From: PVC group bacterium
GTDB lineage: Bacteria > Omnitrophota > Gorgyraeia > B26-G9
NCBI GenBank assembly: GCA_024231215.1
Contig: JAAEQR010000142.1
Location: forward strand, 420,593-484,592
DNA: 64,000 nucleotides
Direction: 5' to 3'
Made by a program: the position numbers and the translations under genes. Positions within the stretch are counted from its first letter, which is position 1. The number at the start of each line of letters is the position of its first letter. The notes under the pieces were generated by a model. The model was not told the DNA's origin, did no database searches, and saw only the letters and a list, made by a program, of their open reading frames with translations. Below, piece by piece: positions 44,879-54,441 of the stretch.

Positions 44879-46585
44879 TTACACGTATCCTGTCGTTGCG
44901 TGTGTTAATTCCTGTAACGTTGTTTTACCGGAAAAAACTTTAAGCAGTCCATCTTCCCGTAATGTCAACATCCCATTCTTTATTGCCTGAGTTCTTAGTT
45001 CAGATATAGATGCCTTATCCAAAATTAACGAACGAATATCCTCATCAAAAATCAAGAGTTCAAAAACACCAATTCTGCCCTTATACCCAGCACCTTCACA
45101 TTGTTTGCATCCTTTGCCCTTATAAAAAACTTTACCCTTGATATCCTGAGGTTTAAGCTTTACTTCCTCCAATTCTTTTTCCGTAGGAAGATATTCCGCC
45201 TTGCAATTCGGACAAATAACCCTAACCAAACGCTGTGCTAATATCGCCTCTACGGCTGAAGCGATCAAGAACGGCTCTACACCCATATCAATAAGACGCG
45301 TAATCGCACTAGGTGCATCATTAGTATGCAATGTTGAAAATACAAAATGCCCGGTAAGCGCAGCATGTATTGCCATTTGCACAGTTTCCGCATCACGGAT
45401 TTCCCCGACCATAATAATATCAGGATCTTGTCTTAAAATATGCCTTAAAACCACAGGGAAAGTCAAATTTATTTTTGGACGCACAGAAACCTGAACTAAC
45501 CCGGGCAGATCAAATTCTACCGGATCCTCTACTGTAATAATTTTCTGCTCTATGTTATTTATAGAACTTAAAGCTGAATACTGTGTCGTTGTTTTCCCGC
45601 AACCAGTCGGCCCGGTGCTTAAAATTATACCATAAGGTTTTTTAATCAACGATTTAATCTTCATCTGGATATCTTTTTCAAAGCCCAAGTCATCTAAAGA
45701 AAGCTGAACCGTAGTTTTATCCAGAATCCGGATGACCACACTTTCACCAAAGATTGTCGGAAGCGCCGAAACTCGCAAATCAACCATCCTCCCTCCAATT
45801 TTAACAAAAATCCTGCCATCCTGAGGAAGTCTGGTTTCAGCTATGTTTAAATTTGCCATGACCTTAATTCTGGAAGTAATCGCTAGATGTAAAGCTGTCG
45901 GAGGAGAAACCACATCGTAAAGAACTCCGTCTAAACGATATCTGATCTTAAATTCATCCTGAAACGGCTCAAAGTGGATATCCGACGCCTTCTTCTTTAT
46001 AGCCTGGATAAGAATAATATTGATAAGCTTGATAATCGGAAGCTGCGACGCCAACTCTTCGATATTTTCAATCTTTTCATCGCCATCGATTAAATCAGGA
46101 ATTTTTTCACTAATCTCTGAAAAAATTTCATCAACACTATCGGATTCTCTTCCGTAATATTTCTTGATCGCTTTGGTAATACTAGTCAGGGTTGCTGCTT
46201 TTCCTTTTATATTGCAGTTAAGCATAAATCGCAAGTCATCAAAAATACTAAAATTCAACGGCTCTGAAGTAGCAATTACAAGCGTATTATTTTCAATACC
46301 AATCGGCAGTATACTATATAGTTTGGCAATAGAACCGGGAATCCGCTCAAGCACTTCTTTAGGGATTTGCAAACGACCCAATTCAACCGTTTCCATCTTT
46401 GCCTGCACACCCAATGCTTTTAAAAGATCTTTTTCCGTAATATATCCAAGATTGACTAGAACACGCCCGAGTGGAAGTCCTGTCATATTCTGACTTTCCA
46501 GCCCTTCCTTTAACTCATCTTCAGTTATAAGACCGCGTTCTTTTAAAATTGATCCTATTGTTTTAAATCTAAATCCTACTTTCAT
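44879..46585 (-). CDS. pilB: PilB/GspE-family extension ATPase (copy 2); start moved to ATG 46585
   Basis: MshEN-like N-term, ASDIHFEP, RLPQDGR, GPTGCGKTT, LRQDPD, STLHTND, C2-C2 Zn motif, TLREDG. Confidence 0.92.
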   Translation of the reverse strand: MKVGFRFKTIGSILKERGLITEDELKEGLESQNMTGLPLGRVLVNLGYITEKDLLKALGVQAKMETVELGRLQIPKEVLERIPGSIAKLYSILPIGIENNTLVIATSEPLNFSIFDDLRFMLNCNIKGKAATLTSITKAIKKYYGRESDSVDEIFSEISEKIPDLIDGDEKIENIEELASQLPIIKLINIILIQAIKKKASDIHFEPFQDEFKIRYRLDGVLYDVVSPPTALHLAITSRIKVMANLNIAETRLPQDGRIFVKIGGRMVDLRVSALPTIFGESVVIRILDKTTVQLSLDDLGFEKDIQMKIKSLIKKPYGIILSTGPTGCGKTTTQYSALSSINNIEQKIITVEDPVEFDLPGLVQVSVRPKINLTFPVVLRHILRQDPDIIMVGEIRDAETVQMAIHAALTGHFVFSTLHTNDAPSAITRLIDMGVEPFLIASAVEAILAQRLVRVICPNCKAEYLPTEKELEEVKLKPQDIKGKVFYKGKGCKQCEGAGYKGRIGVFELLIFDEDIRSLILDKASISELRTQAIKNGMLTLREDGLLKVFSGKTTLQELTHATTGYV

Positions 46586-46598
46586 AATCTCCAATTTG

Positions 46599-46688
46599 AG
46601 TGACAAGTTACAAGTGACAAGTTACAAGTTATAAGTATTAAATCTTTTTGTTTTTCACCTGTCATTTGTAATTCGTCATTTGTCACTT
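46599..46688. repeat. Inverted pair of heptamer arrays, family C, downstream of pilT
   Basis: AGTGACA AGTTACA AGTGACA AGTTACA AGTTATA ... TTTCACC TGTCATT TGTAATT CGTCATT TGTCACT. Confidence 0.85.
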
Positions 46689-46696
46689 CTTTTGTC

Positions 46697-47764
46697 TTAT
46701 ACGCCTTCCTGTATTTTTCTCTGCATCATGTCCTGATCAAACGCCTTGGCAACCGCATCTTCCTGCCGAATATGCCCGGCCGAATACAAATCAAACAAAG
46801 AGTTATCAAATGGTTTCATACCATATTTAGCCCCAGTCTGTAAATCAGATGTGATTCTAAATGTCTTCTTCTCCCGAATAAGGTTTTGAATTGAAGGAGT
46901 ACTAACCATTATTTCAAACGCAGCCACACGCCCCCTGCCTGTAGAACGCACAATCAACTGCTGTGATACTATGGCAAGAATTGAGGTAGACAACTGCGTC
47001 CTTATCTGCTCCTGCTGATTCGGAGGAAATACATCAATTATTCTGTCTACTGTAGCCGCAGCACTGGTTGTATGCAAAGTCGCTAAAACTAAATGTCCGG
47101 TCTCCGCTGCTAATATTGCTGCTTCAATCGTGGTCAAGTCTCTCATTTCTCCAACGAGAATAAGGTCTGGATCCTGCCGAAGACCTCTTACCAGCCCTTC
47201 ACTAAAACTAGGCACATCTATGCCGATTTCGCGTTGTGTAACAATACCCTTTTTATGAGTGTGATAATATTCTACCGGATCTTCAATCGTAATTATATGA
47301 CAATCCCTCTCTGTATTTACAAAGTCGGTCATTGTCGCTAACGTTGTCGTTTTTCCGCTGCCAGTCGGGCCGGTAACCAAAATAAGTCCACGCGGCCGAT
47401 ATAATAAATCCCTAATTATTTTAGGCAATCCGATTTCGTCAAATGTTAATAAGCGAGTAGGAATTAAACGCAAGGTCAATCCATAATGCCCTTTTTGTTT
47501 GTAAACAGATACTCGAAAACGCGCTATTTTTTCAAAAGCAAAACCAAAATCAACACCCCCTATTTCCTGAACCCGCCGTTGATTTTCAGTACTGGTGATA
47601 GATTTCATGAGCTGTTCAGTATCCTCATGCTTCAACGGGTCATAGTTCATGGACATCAGCGCCCCGTCAATTCTCAAAGTCGGAGGCTTCCCTACTGTAA
47701 TATGTAAATCAGAAGCATTATGATTCACACAAAGCTGCAAAAGTTCCCCTATATCAACTGACAT
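46697..47764 (-). CDS. pilT: Type IV pilus retraction ATPase PilT
   Basis: ASDLH, GPTGSGKTTT, TIEDPVE, QREIG, LRQDPD, AAETGHLV..TLHT, SIQNLIRE (AIRNLIRE-like). Confidence 0.95.
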   Translation of the reverse strand: MSVDIGELLQLCVNHNASDLHITVGKPPTLRIDGALMSMNYDPLKHEDTEQLMKSITSTENQRRVQEIGGVDFGFAFEKIARFRVSVYKQKGHYGLTLRLIPTRLLTFDEIGLPKIIRDLLYRPRGLILVTGPTGSGKTTTLATMTDFVNTERDCHIITIEDPVEYYHTHKKGIVTQREIGIDVPSFSEGLVRGLRQDPDLILVGEMRDLTTIEAAILAAETGHLVLATLHTTSAAATVDRIIDVFPPNQQEQIRTQLSTSILAIVSQQLIVRSTGRGRVAAFEIMVSTPSIQNLIREKKTFRITSDLQTGAKYGMKPFDNSLFDLYSAGHIRQEDAVAKAFDQDMMQRKIQEGV

Positions 47765-47781
47765 AATTACCCCCTTGTAAA

Positions 47782-47878
47782 AGTTATAAGTTACAAGTTA
47801 CGAATTACAAGTTGCAAAAATCAAATAATTTATACTTTTAATTTTCACCTATCACTTGTCACTCGTAATTCGTCACCT
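47782..47878. repeat. Inverted pair of heptamer arrays, family C, upstream of pilT
   Basis: AGTTATA AGTTACA AGTTACG AATTACA AGTTGCA ... TTTCACC TATCACT TGTCACT CGTAATT CGTCACC. Confidence 0.85.
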
Positions 47879-47881
47879 TTT

Positions 47882-49543
47882 TTAGTCCACATCACTTTGC
47901 GTCACCCTAACCACTTCTTGAAAACTGGTTAATCCTTCCAAAACCTTATTTACAGCATGTTCTTTTAAAGTCATCATTCCCATCGATCGCGCCTTTTCAC
48001 GTATTTCAGTACTAGGAAGCCGTTTATGCGTCATCTGACGAATTTCTTCATTAATCACCAAAAGCTCAAAAATACCGGATCTACCTAAATATCCGGTATG
48101 TGCACATTTAGGACATCCTTTAGGTCTATAAAATCTTTTTTTTGCTTCCTCTTCCGAGAGTTCTAAAATCTTCAACTCATCCTTAGGGGGAGAATACAAT
48201 TCTTTACAATTAGGACATAATAAACGAATAAGTCTTTGAGCCAAAATCGCCCTAATCGTAGCAGCAACCAAATAAGGTTTTATCCCCATATCAATAAGTC
48301 TGGTAATCGCACTTGAAGCATCATTAGTATGCAAAGTACTAAAAATCAAATGCCCAGTCAAAGCTGACTGCACCGATATATTTGCTGTTTCTAGATCACG
48401 GATTTCTCCGACCATTATAATATCCGGCGCCTGCCTAAGCATAGAACGCAGGACCTTTGCAAAAGAAAGTCCGATTTTCGGCTTAACTTGCACTTGATTG
48501 ATCCCGCTTATTTGATATTCAACGGGGTCCTCAACCGTAAGTATTTTTCGCTGCGATCGATTTACACTGCTCAACACAGCATAAAGAGTAGTACTTTTAC
48601 CACTGCCGGTCGGACCGGTAACCAGAATTATACCATTTGGAAAATCAGTAATACTTTTAAATTTTTCAATTTGAGCCGGAGAAAAACCCAGCTCATTTAC
48701 TTTCATAACACGACGATCTAGAATACGTAATACAACGCTTTCTCCATAATGTGACGGAAGAGTAGAGACTCTTAAGTCAAATTCACGGTTATCTACAACT
48801 GTACGAATACGTCCATCTTGAGGCAAACGTTTTTCCGCAATATTCATTCCAGCCATAAGTTTAACTCGACTAATGACTGAAGCCTGCAATTTCTTTACCG
48901 GAGACTGCACTTGTTGTAATATTCCATCGATCCGATAACGAATTCTTAAAATATCACGCATAGGTTCTACATGGATATCGCTCGCTCTTTTTCGATAAGC
49001 ATCAGATATAAGCATACTTACCAGTTGGATAACCGGTGCATCATCTTCTGTTGTCCCGTTTTCCTCATCTGCATTTTCTGAAGGATCAACCGCCGATATA
49101 TCTTCATAAGCAATCGGATAATACTTCTTTAATAATTCCTCCATAGCATCTGACTTAATCAGTTCTGCATTCAAAGCATATTTCAAAGTCTGGGAAAAGT
49201 ATTCCAGGGAAAGAAAATTAAGCGGGTTATCAAACGCTATTGTAAGCACACCGCCTTCAAGCTGCAAAGGAACAACTCCAAACCGGTTAGCAAAAAAAGG
49301 ATCGAGAATATCTAATAATTGCGGATCTAAAGAAAAGGTGGACGGATCAACAGCTGACAGACCAAGTTCTTCAACAATCAATCCACCTAAATTCTCGTCG
49401 CAAAATACGTCTAGTTTCTTAAATATACTGTTGATATTCTGCTGGGTACGAGCCTGCATCTGCCGGGCTTGTTTTAACTGATCTAAAGAGAGAATCCCTT
49501 TTGCAGTAAGAAACTCGCTGATAATCTTTTGTTTATTCAGCAT
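47882..49543 (-). CDS. PilB/GspE-family extension ATPase (copy 1); start moved to ATG 49543
   Basis: ASDIHVEP, RLPQDGR, GPTGSGKSTT, LRQAPD, STLHTND, C2-C2 Zn motif. Confidence 0.92.
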   Translation of the reverse strand: MLNKQKIISEFLTAKGILSLDQLKQARQMQARTQQNINSIFKKLDVFCDENLGGLIVEELGLSAVDPSTFSLDPQLLDILDPFFANRFGVVPLQLEGGVLTIAFDNPLNFLSLEYFSQTLKYALNAELIKSDAMEELLKKYYPIAYEDISAVDPSENADEENGTTEDDAPVIQLVSMLISDAYRKRASDIHVEPMRDILRIRYRIDGILQQVQSPVKKLQASVISRVKLMAGMNIAEKRLPQDGRIRTVVDNREFDLRVSTLPSHYGESVVLRILDRRVMKVNELGFSPAQIEKFKSITDFPNGIILVTGPTGSGKSTTLYAVLSSVNRSQRKILTVEDPVEYQISGINQVQVKPKIGLSFAKVLRSMLRQAPDIIMVGEIRDLETANISVQSALTGHLIFSTLHTNDASSAITRLIDMGIKPYLVAATIRAILAQRLIRLLCPNCKELYSPPKDELKILELSEEEAKKRFYRPKGCPKCAHTGYLGRSGIFELLVINEEIRQMTHKRLPSTEIREKARSMGMMTLKEHAVNKVLEGLTSFQEVVRVTQSDVD

Positions 49544-49606
49544 GTAAATCCTGTAGGGTTCCGGCAAGCACCCTTAGGGCACAGGCCTGAACCATTTCTT
49601 AATATT

Positions 49607-50362
49607 TTACAAACATCCCTTAATAATTCCTAAGAAAGATTCAGCTTTTAACGCCGCGCCCCCGACAAGTGCTCCGTCAATATCCGGCTGCGCAATTAAA
49701 ATTTTAATATTATCGGGTTTCACACTTCCACCATATTGAATGCGCAGTTTTTCAGCTACTTCGCTTCCAAAATTATCTGCAATAAGTTTTCTAATAAAAG
49801 CATGTACTTCTTGGGCCTGCTCCGGAGTTGCAACCTGGCCTGTACCAATCGCCCATACAGGTTCATAAGCAATAATTATATCCTTAAGATCATCGGCGCT
49901 TAACCCTTCCAATGCCCCGGTCACATGATTACGAATCACATCAAATGTCTCGTTTTTCTGCCGTTCTTCTAAACGTTCTCCCACACAAACAATCGGCAGT
50001 AATTCAGCCTTTAAAGCAGCTTTTAATTTTCTGTTTACATATTCGTTAGTTTCTTTAAATATATTGCGGCGTTCCGAATGCCCGATTAAAACATAATCAC
50101 AATTAGCATCTTTTAACATCTGCGCTGAAATCTCACCGGTAAAGGCACCTTTTTCCTCCCAAAATAAATTCTGCGCACCCAACTTTATATTTGAACCCTC
50201 TATTTCGTGACTAACACTATACAAAGCCGTAAACACCGGACAGATTACAACGTCTACATCTTTTACGTCTTTAAGCTCCATACTTAATCCACGCACCAGA
50301 TCCAATGCTTCGGTTATCGTTTTATTCATTTTCCAATTTCCCGCAATAATTGTACGTCTCAT
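49607..50362 (-). CDS. tpiA: Triosephosphate isomerase
   Basis: AGNWKM, GAFTGE, GHSERR, AYEPVWAIGTG, YGGSV, DGALVGGA. Confidence 0.98.
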   Translation of the reverse strand: MRRTIIAGNWKMNKTITEALDLVRGLSMELKDVKDVDVVICPVFTALYSVSHEIEGSNIKLGAQNLFWEEKGAFTGEISAQMLKDANCDYVLIGHSERRNIFKETNEYVNRKLKAALKAELLPIVCVGERLEERQKNETFDVIRNHVTGALEGLSADDLKDIIIAYEPVWAIGTGQVATPEQAQEVHAFIRKLIADNFGSEVAEKLRIQYGGSVKPDNIKILIAQPDIDGALVGGAALKAESFLGIIKGCL

Positions 50363-50407
50363 TACTAAATTATCCTCCCATTTTCATGTGATTGTTAATC
50401 TTATAAA

Positions 50408-50863
50408 TTAAAGACTTGTAATATCATCTCCACCCCCGGAACCTCCATCCGGCCCGTTTGAGCTTATTTTATACGTAGAACCGATACGAGTATATACATA
50501 ATCATTTCCCCAAACATCGATAACCGTACCATCGGCAGCTACTGTTCCATTTAAATCTTCCTCTTTCAAACTTATATATGGCCCATTCCAGTCAGGATCA
50601 GGAGAACTCCCGCCGGATCCATAAGCACCTACATCCGCAAGGCGATCAACCAAAATCACATTACCCGCTGCAGGATAATCACCAAAATCCGCGTGATACA
50701 TTGCCAAGGCAGTTTCTAAAGAAGCAATCATAGATTTAGTACGGTAGATTTTTGCCTTCCCGCGTGCAGCCGTACCACCGCTAACCAGCATGCCCATAAG
50801 AATGGAAATAACCGCAATCATCACTAATATTTCAATCAATGAAAACCCTTTTTTATCTCTCAT
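50408..50863 (-). CDS. GspG-like pilin/pseudopilin
   Basis: Class III signal KKG|FSLIE + hydrophobic helix; ALAMY..D.GDYP, WNGPY, D.WGNDY.Y, SNGPDG..G.GDDI. Confidence 0.88.
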   Translation of the reverse strand: MRDKKGFSLIEILVMIAVISILMGMLVSGGTAARGKAKIYRTKSMIASLETALAMYHADFGDYPAAGNVILVDRLADVGAYGSGGSSPDPDWNGPYISLKEEDLNGTVAADGTVIDVWGNDYVYTRIGSTYKISSNGPDGGSGGGDDITSL

Positions 50864-50866
50864 AAT

Positions 50867-52048
50867 CTATTTATCTTTTAACGCCGCTATTCCCGGCAAT
50901 TCCAGGCCTTCCAAAAATTCAAGACTCGCTCCGCCGCCGGTGGAAACATGGCTCATTTTATCCTTAACATTAAAACATCTTACGGCACTCGCAGTATCTC
51001 CACCGCCAATGATACTTGTTGCTTCTAAGTCAGCAATATATTTAGCAAGAACTTCAGTACCTTTTGCAAACGGAGCCATTTCAAATACACCAACCGGTCC
51101 GTTCCAAACAATTGTTTTTGCGTTTTGTAATTTTTCTTTGAACAACTCTATTGTTTTAGGCCCAACATCTAAACCCATATATCCTTCCGGTATTTCCTCC
51201 CCTACACTCTGGACATTGGCATCTGCCTGAAATTTATCCGCCACGACATTATCAACCGGTAAAACCACATCAACACTGTTAGCCGCAGCTTTTTCTAAAA
51301 TTAAACGAGCTAGATCCAAACGATCTGCTTCAAGCTTAGAGTTACCAATTGCCTTGCCCTGCGCCTTTAAAAACGTATACGCCATTCCTCCGCCGATCAA
51401 CAAACAATCTACTTTATCCATAATATTTTCAATCATTTTGATTTTATCAGATACTTTCGCCCCGCCCAATATAGTTATAAAGGGACGTTCCGGGGATTCC
51501 ACCACCTTACCTAAATACTCAATTTCTTTTTCAATTAAAAATCCAGCATAAGACGGTAGATAATGCGCAACTCCTTCTGTAGATGCATGTGCACGATGTG
51601 CAGTTCCGAATGCATCATTAACAAAAACATCTCCCAAACAAGATAATTGCTTGGCAAATTCCGGGTCATTCTTTGTTTCCTCAGCATGAAAACGTAAATT
51701 TTCCAGAAGAATCACACGCTCTGAAGCTGCTTCAACTTCCTTCTCTATCTCTTCGCCCACACAATCATCCAGCTTTTTTACCGGCATATCCAGCAATTCG
51801 CTTAATTTTTTTGCAACTGGGCTAAGACGCATTTTCTCGACTACATTTCCCTTAGGCCGGCCAAGATGGCTCATCAGGATAACCTTCTTAGCTCCTTGCT
51901 CCAGACAATATTTAATTGTAGCTAAAGCAGAAGTGATTCTCAATTCATCGGTTATATTCAAATTTTCATCTAGCGGCACGTTAAAATCCGCCCGCATTAA
52001 GACCTTTTTGTCTTTTAAATCCGCATCTTTCACTGTCATCTTATTCAT
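50867..52048 (-). CDS. pgk: Phosphoglycerate kinase
   Basis: RADFNVP, SHLGRP, LENLRF, NDAFGTAHRAH, GGAKVSDK, WNGP.GVFE, GGGDT, STGGGASLE. Confidence 0.98.
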   Translation of the reverse strand: MNKMTVKDADLKDKKVLMRADFNVPLDENLNITDELRITSALATIKYCLEQGAKKVILMSHLGRPKGNVVEKMRLSPVAKKLSELLDMPVKKLDDCVGEEIEKEVEAASERVILLENLRFHAEETKNDPEFAKQLSCLGDVFVNDAFGTAHRAHASTEGVAHYLPSYAGFLIEKEIEYLGKVVESPERPFITILGGAKVSDKIKMIENIMDKVDCLLIGGGMAYTFLKAQGKAIGNSKLEADRLDLARLILEKAAANSVDVVLPVDNVVADKFQADANVQSVGEEIPEGYMGLDVGPKTIELFKEKLQNAKTIVWNGPVGVFEMAPFAKGTEVLAKYIADLEATSIIGGGDTASAVRCFNVKDKMSHVSTGGGASLEFLEGLELPGIAALKDK

Positions 52049-52074
52049 TACTTTTTTTTGCCTTTCTTCAATAA

Positions 52075-52145
52075 GTGCATAATTTACAGAGCAAAGCGAT
52101 ATAAATTATGTGCACGAATTGAATCCCGCCGTTTTTTGGCGGGAT
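52075..52145. repeat. Two hairpins in pgk leader, second REP-like
   Basis: GTGCATAATTTA...TAAATTATGTGCAC and ATCCCGCC-GTTTTTT-GGCGGGAT; related TCCCGCC-GTA-GGTGGGA at 13154-13170. Confidence 0.55.
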
Positions 52146-52177
52146 AATTATCCTTATATAATACATACTAATTTTTT

Positions 52178-52206
52178 ATTATACCACTCTAAAAGGTCTT
52201 TTGCAA
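52178..52206 (-). promoter_or_regulatory. Putative sigma70 promoter for pgk-pilin-tpiA-pil operon
   Basis: Minus strand TTGCAA-17 nt-TATAAT with extended TGn. Confidence 0.6.
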
Positions 52207-52229
52207 ATGAGGATATTTCCTGAGGAAGT

Positions 52230-52397
52230 TTAACCTAGAATTTGTATTAGATCGCGACGAATAGCACTAATCTTTTGGGCTCAAAGAAGCTACAAAAAGC
52301 CTCGACAAACAATAAAGTATGCCTGCGTTCTTTGTAACTTTTTGATCTCCAAAACATTAGCACTCTTCATCCACGTCTAATGCAAAATCTAGGTTAA
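52230..52397. mobile_element. 168-bp MITE-like palindromic element
   Basis: Terminal inverted repeats TTAACCTAGAATTTGTATTAGA / TCTAATGCAAAATCTAGGTTAA (20/22), further internal complementarity, no ORF. Confidence 0.65.
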
Positions 52398-52401
52398 GAA
52401 A

Positions 52402-52944
52402 TTACGGTATGACAATTTTAGATATCAATAACTCACACTGGGCAGTACTTGATTGTCTTGATTTAGGGGTAATACTAAACGCGCTTAACTGAAACAGTTT
52501 ATCCGCACTCTCAATAGCATATAGAAAAGAAACTAATGCCTCCATATCTGCGGTACAATTAATGCTAACTAAGAACTTTTTCACTCCGCCCTCGGCTTCA
52601 ACGCTAAGTGGTTTCATATCAGCAAGATACACGTTAAATTCACTCGACATGGTTTCTAATTCTTTTAACAACGCAGCGGTTTCTTCTTCTTCTGAGCCTG
52701 CCTCCACAGAAAATGATGCATATTCTTTTTCTTCGGCTTTAATTCTTTTTTTCTGAGCAATAATCCTAGTATTCTTTTTGATCTCCTCCTGTGTGTTTTT
52801 AATATCTATTTCCAATGACTGCATTTTATGGAAAATAGGCCCAATAACAGCTCTATCCATCACTGCAAAAAGCACAAATAAAACAGACAGGTATAAAACA
52901 GTTTTTTCTCTTTTAGATAATTTAGCAATAAATCCTTTTGTCAT
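52402..52944 (-). CDS. PilO/GspM-like assembly protein
   Basis: LSKREK.. + TM, coiled coil, LL.ELE, L..FLYAIE ferredoxin-like C-term. Confidence 0.8.
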   Translation of the reverse strand: MTKGFIAKLSKREKTVLYLSVLFVLFAVMDRAVIGPIFHKMQSLEIDIKNTQEEIKKNTRIIAQKKRIKAEEKEYASFSVEAGSEEEETAALLKELETMSSEFNVYLADMKPLSVEAEGGVKKFLVSINCTADMEALVSFLYAIESADKLFQLSAFSITPKSRQSSTAQCELLISKIVIP

Positions 52945-52946
52945 GA

Positions 52947-54416
52947 TTAGTTTTTCTTCTTCTCTTCTGAGGGTTCTGCCATTTCCTCTTTATTTTCTAG
53001 AATACAAGATATACCAAAATCAGCCCAATCTTCACCATCTTCCTGCCGAGAAGTTGTATAATTAGTCTGAACATTACTGAAAAAATCTGAATCCTCCAAA
53101 GAAACAACAAATGCAAAAACATCAGACATTGCCCTGCCGGTACCTTTTAAATACAAGTTCCCTTCCTGACTCATCTTAATACTGTCAAGCAAAATCCGCT
53201 TTGGCAAAACATCATATATCGAAGCTAACACCTGTAAAGGATACCCTCGTGCTTTAATATAGTGTTTGATTATTCTCATTTTTTCCATAGATTTCTCTAA
53301 TATCTGGGCTTCATGATTAGTCGATTCATATTCAGACTTAAGTTGCTGTAAGTATGTGCTTTTAAAATAAATCTTTCCCAAAAATAATCCGCCAATTAAA
53401 ATTAGCAAACAAATAATATACATTCCTGTTTTCATCAATGCCTGGGCATGCTCTTCAAAAGACCGTTTAAGCTTAATCTCCTCAGGGATAAGGCTTACTT
53501 TCATCGCCATTGGATTTAAAAGTACTGATGCTACATTAAAAAAGGATAGATGCCTGGCGATTGAAGGCACTGCCGCAATATTCGGACCAAGCGGTAAATG
53601 TTTAAAATACGGCATTGTTTGTACCGGGATATGCAACGAAGCTGTCAAAGCCATTTCTATATCTTTTGGCTGGTCTATTGCACCGGTTAACACCAAAACA
53701 TGCGGCGATTTATCAATATCTTCTGAATAATAACTTTCCATAGAATTTTTCAATTCCTCAACAAACTTATCGGTATCTGTGGAAATTTGGTCAATTCCTA
53801 TAGGTATACTTCTGGTAAAAATCGGATTTCCCCGCAAAGACACAATAAAGTCGGTAAAATTAGCATCAATATGAATAATTCCAACCGGAACTGCCTGCAA
53901 TTCATTCCTCAGATTAGCTAAACAAAAACGGCTAATTCCTTCCGGCGCAAAAAGCGTTTTTTCAATCTTAACACCAACTTTTTCCATTATTTCAAACTGG
54001 CGTTTAATTGCCACACGCGTAACAATTACTAAAAGAATTTTAGTATAACTTTGCCGATAATTTCCCAAATCAACATAATCAATAATTATTTCTTCACGAG
54101 CATATGGGGTCTGTCGACCGGACTGCAAATCGATAATTTCTCTTATCTCTCGAGGATCAAGAGATGGGATTTCCAGATTTTTAGTAATTGCTAGATGCAA
54201 TGGAACAACATTTATCAAATAGGGATTTTTAATTTTAAGTTCTTTGAAAAGATTCTTTATCATTTTGACAATATCATCATCTGAAGCTTCCTTAATATTA
54301 TACGTGGTCAAATTGATTAGTTCTTTTTTAGTCCCTGTTTTTTTAAGATAAGCAAAAACAAGCTCATCTCCGTCTAGATCAATTCCAACTATATCCGCAT
54401 TATTTTTTATACTCAT
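52947..54416 (-). CDS. PilM/GspL-like cytoplasmic domain fused to TM + PilN-like domain
   Basis: VGIDL, PSLDP.EI, LVLTG, SLIPEE then TM, F...LE.S.FF.NV PilN-like end. Confidence 0.8.
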   Translation of the reverse strand: MSIKNNADIVGIDLDGDELVFAYLKKTGTKKELINLTTYNIKEASDDDIVKMIKNLFKELKIKNPYLINVVPLHLAITKNLEIPSLDPREIREIIDLQSGRQTPYAREEIIIDYVDLGNYRQSYTKILLVIVTRVAIKRQFEIMEKVGVKIEKTLFAPEGISRFCLANLRNELQAVPVGIIHIDANFTDFIVSLRGNPIFTRSIPIGIDQISTDTDKFVEELKNSMESYYSEDIDKSPHVLVLTGAIDQPKDIEMALTASLHIPVQTMPYFKHLPLGPNIAAVPSIARHLSFFNVASVLLNPMAMKVSLIPEEIKLKRSFEEHAQALMKTGMYIICLLILIGGLFLGKIYFKSTYLQQLKSEYESTNHEAQILEKSMEKMRIIKHYIKARGYPLQVLASIYDVLPKRILLDSIKMSQEGNLYLKGTGRAMSDVFAFVVSLEDSDFFSNVQTNYTTSRQEDGEDWADFGISCILENKEEMAEPSEEKKKN

Positions 54417-54441
54417 AATATTCCTAACCCAAAATTTGGGT

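Noticed and set aside
49551-49593. GC-rich hairpin before pilB1 as a c-di-GMP riboswitch
   Set aside because: Too short and lacks the GEMM features (GNRA loop/receptor, GCAAA); left as an unassigned stem
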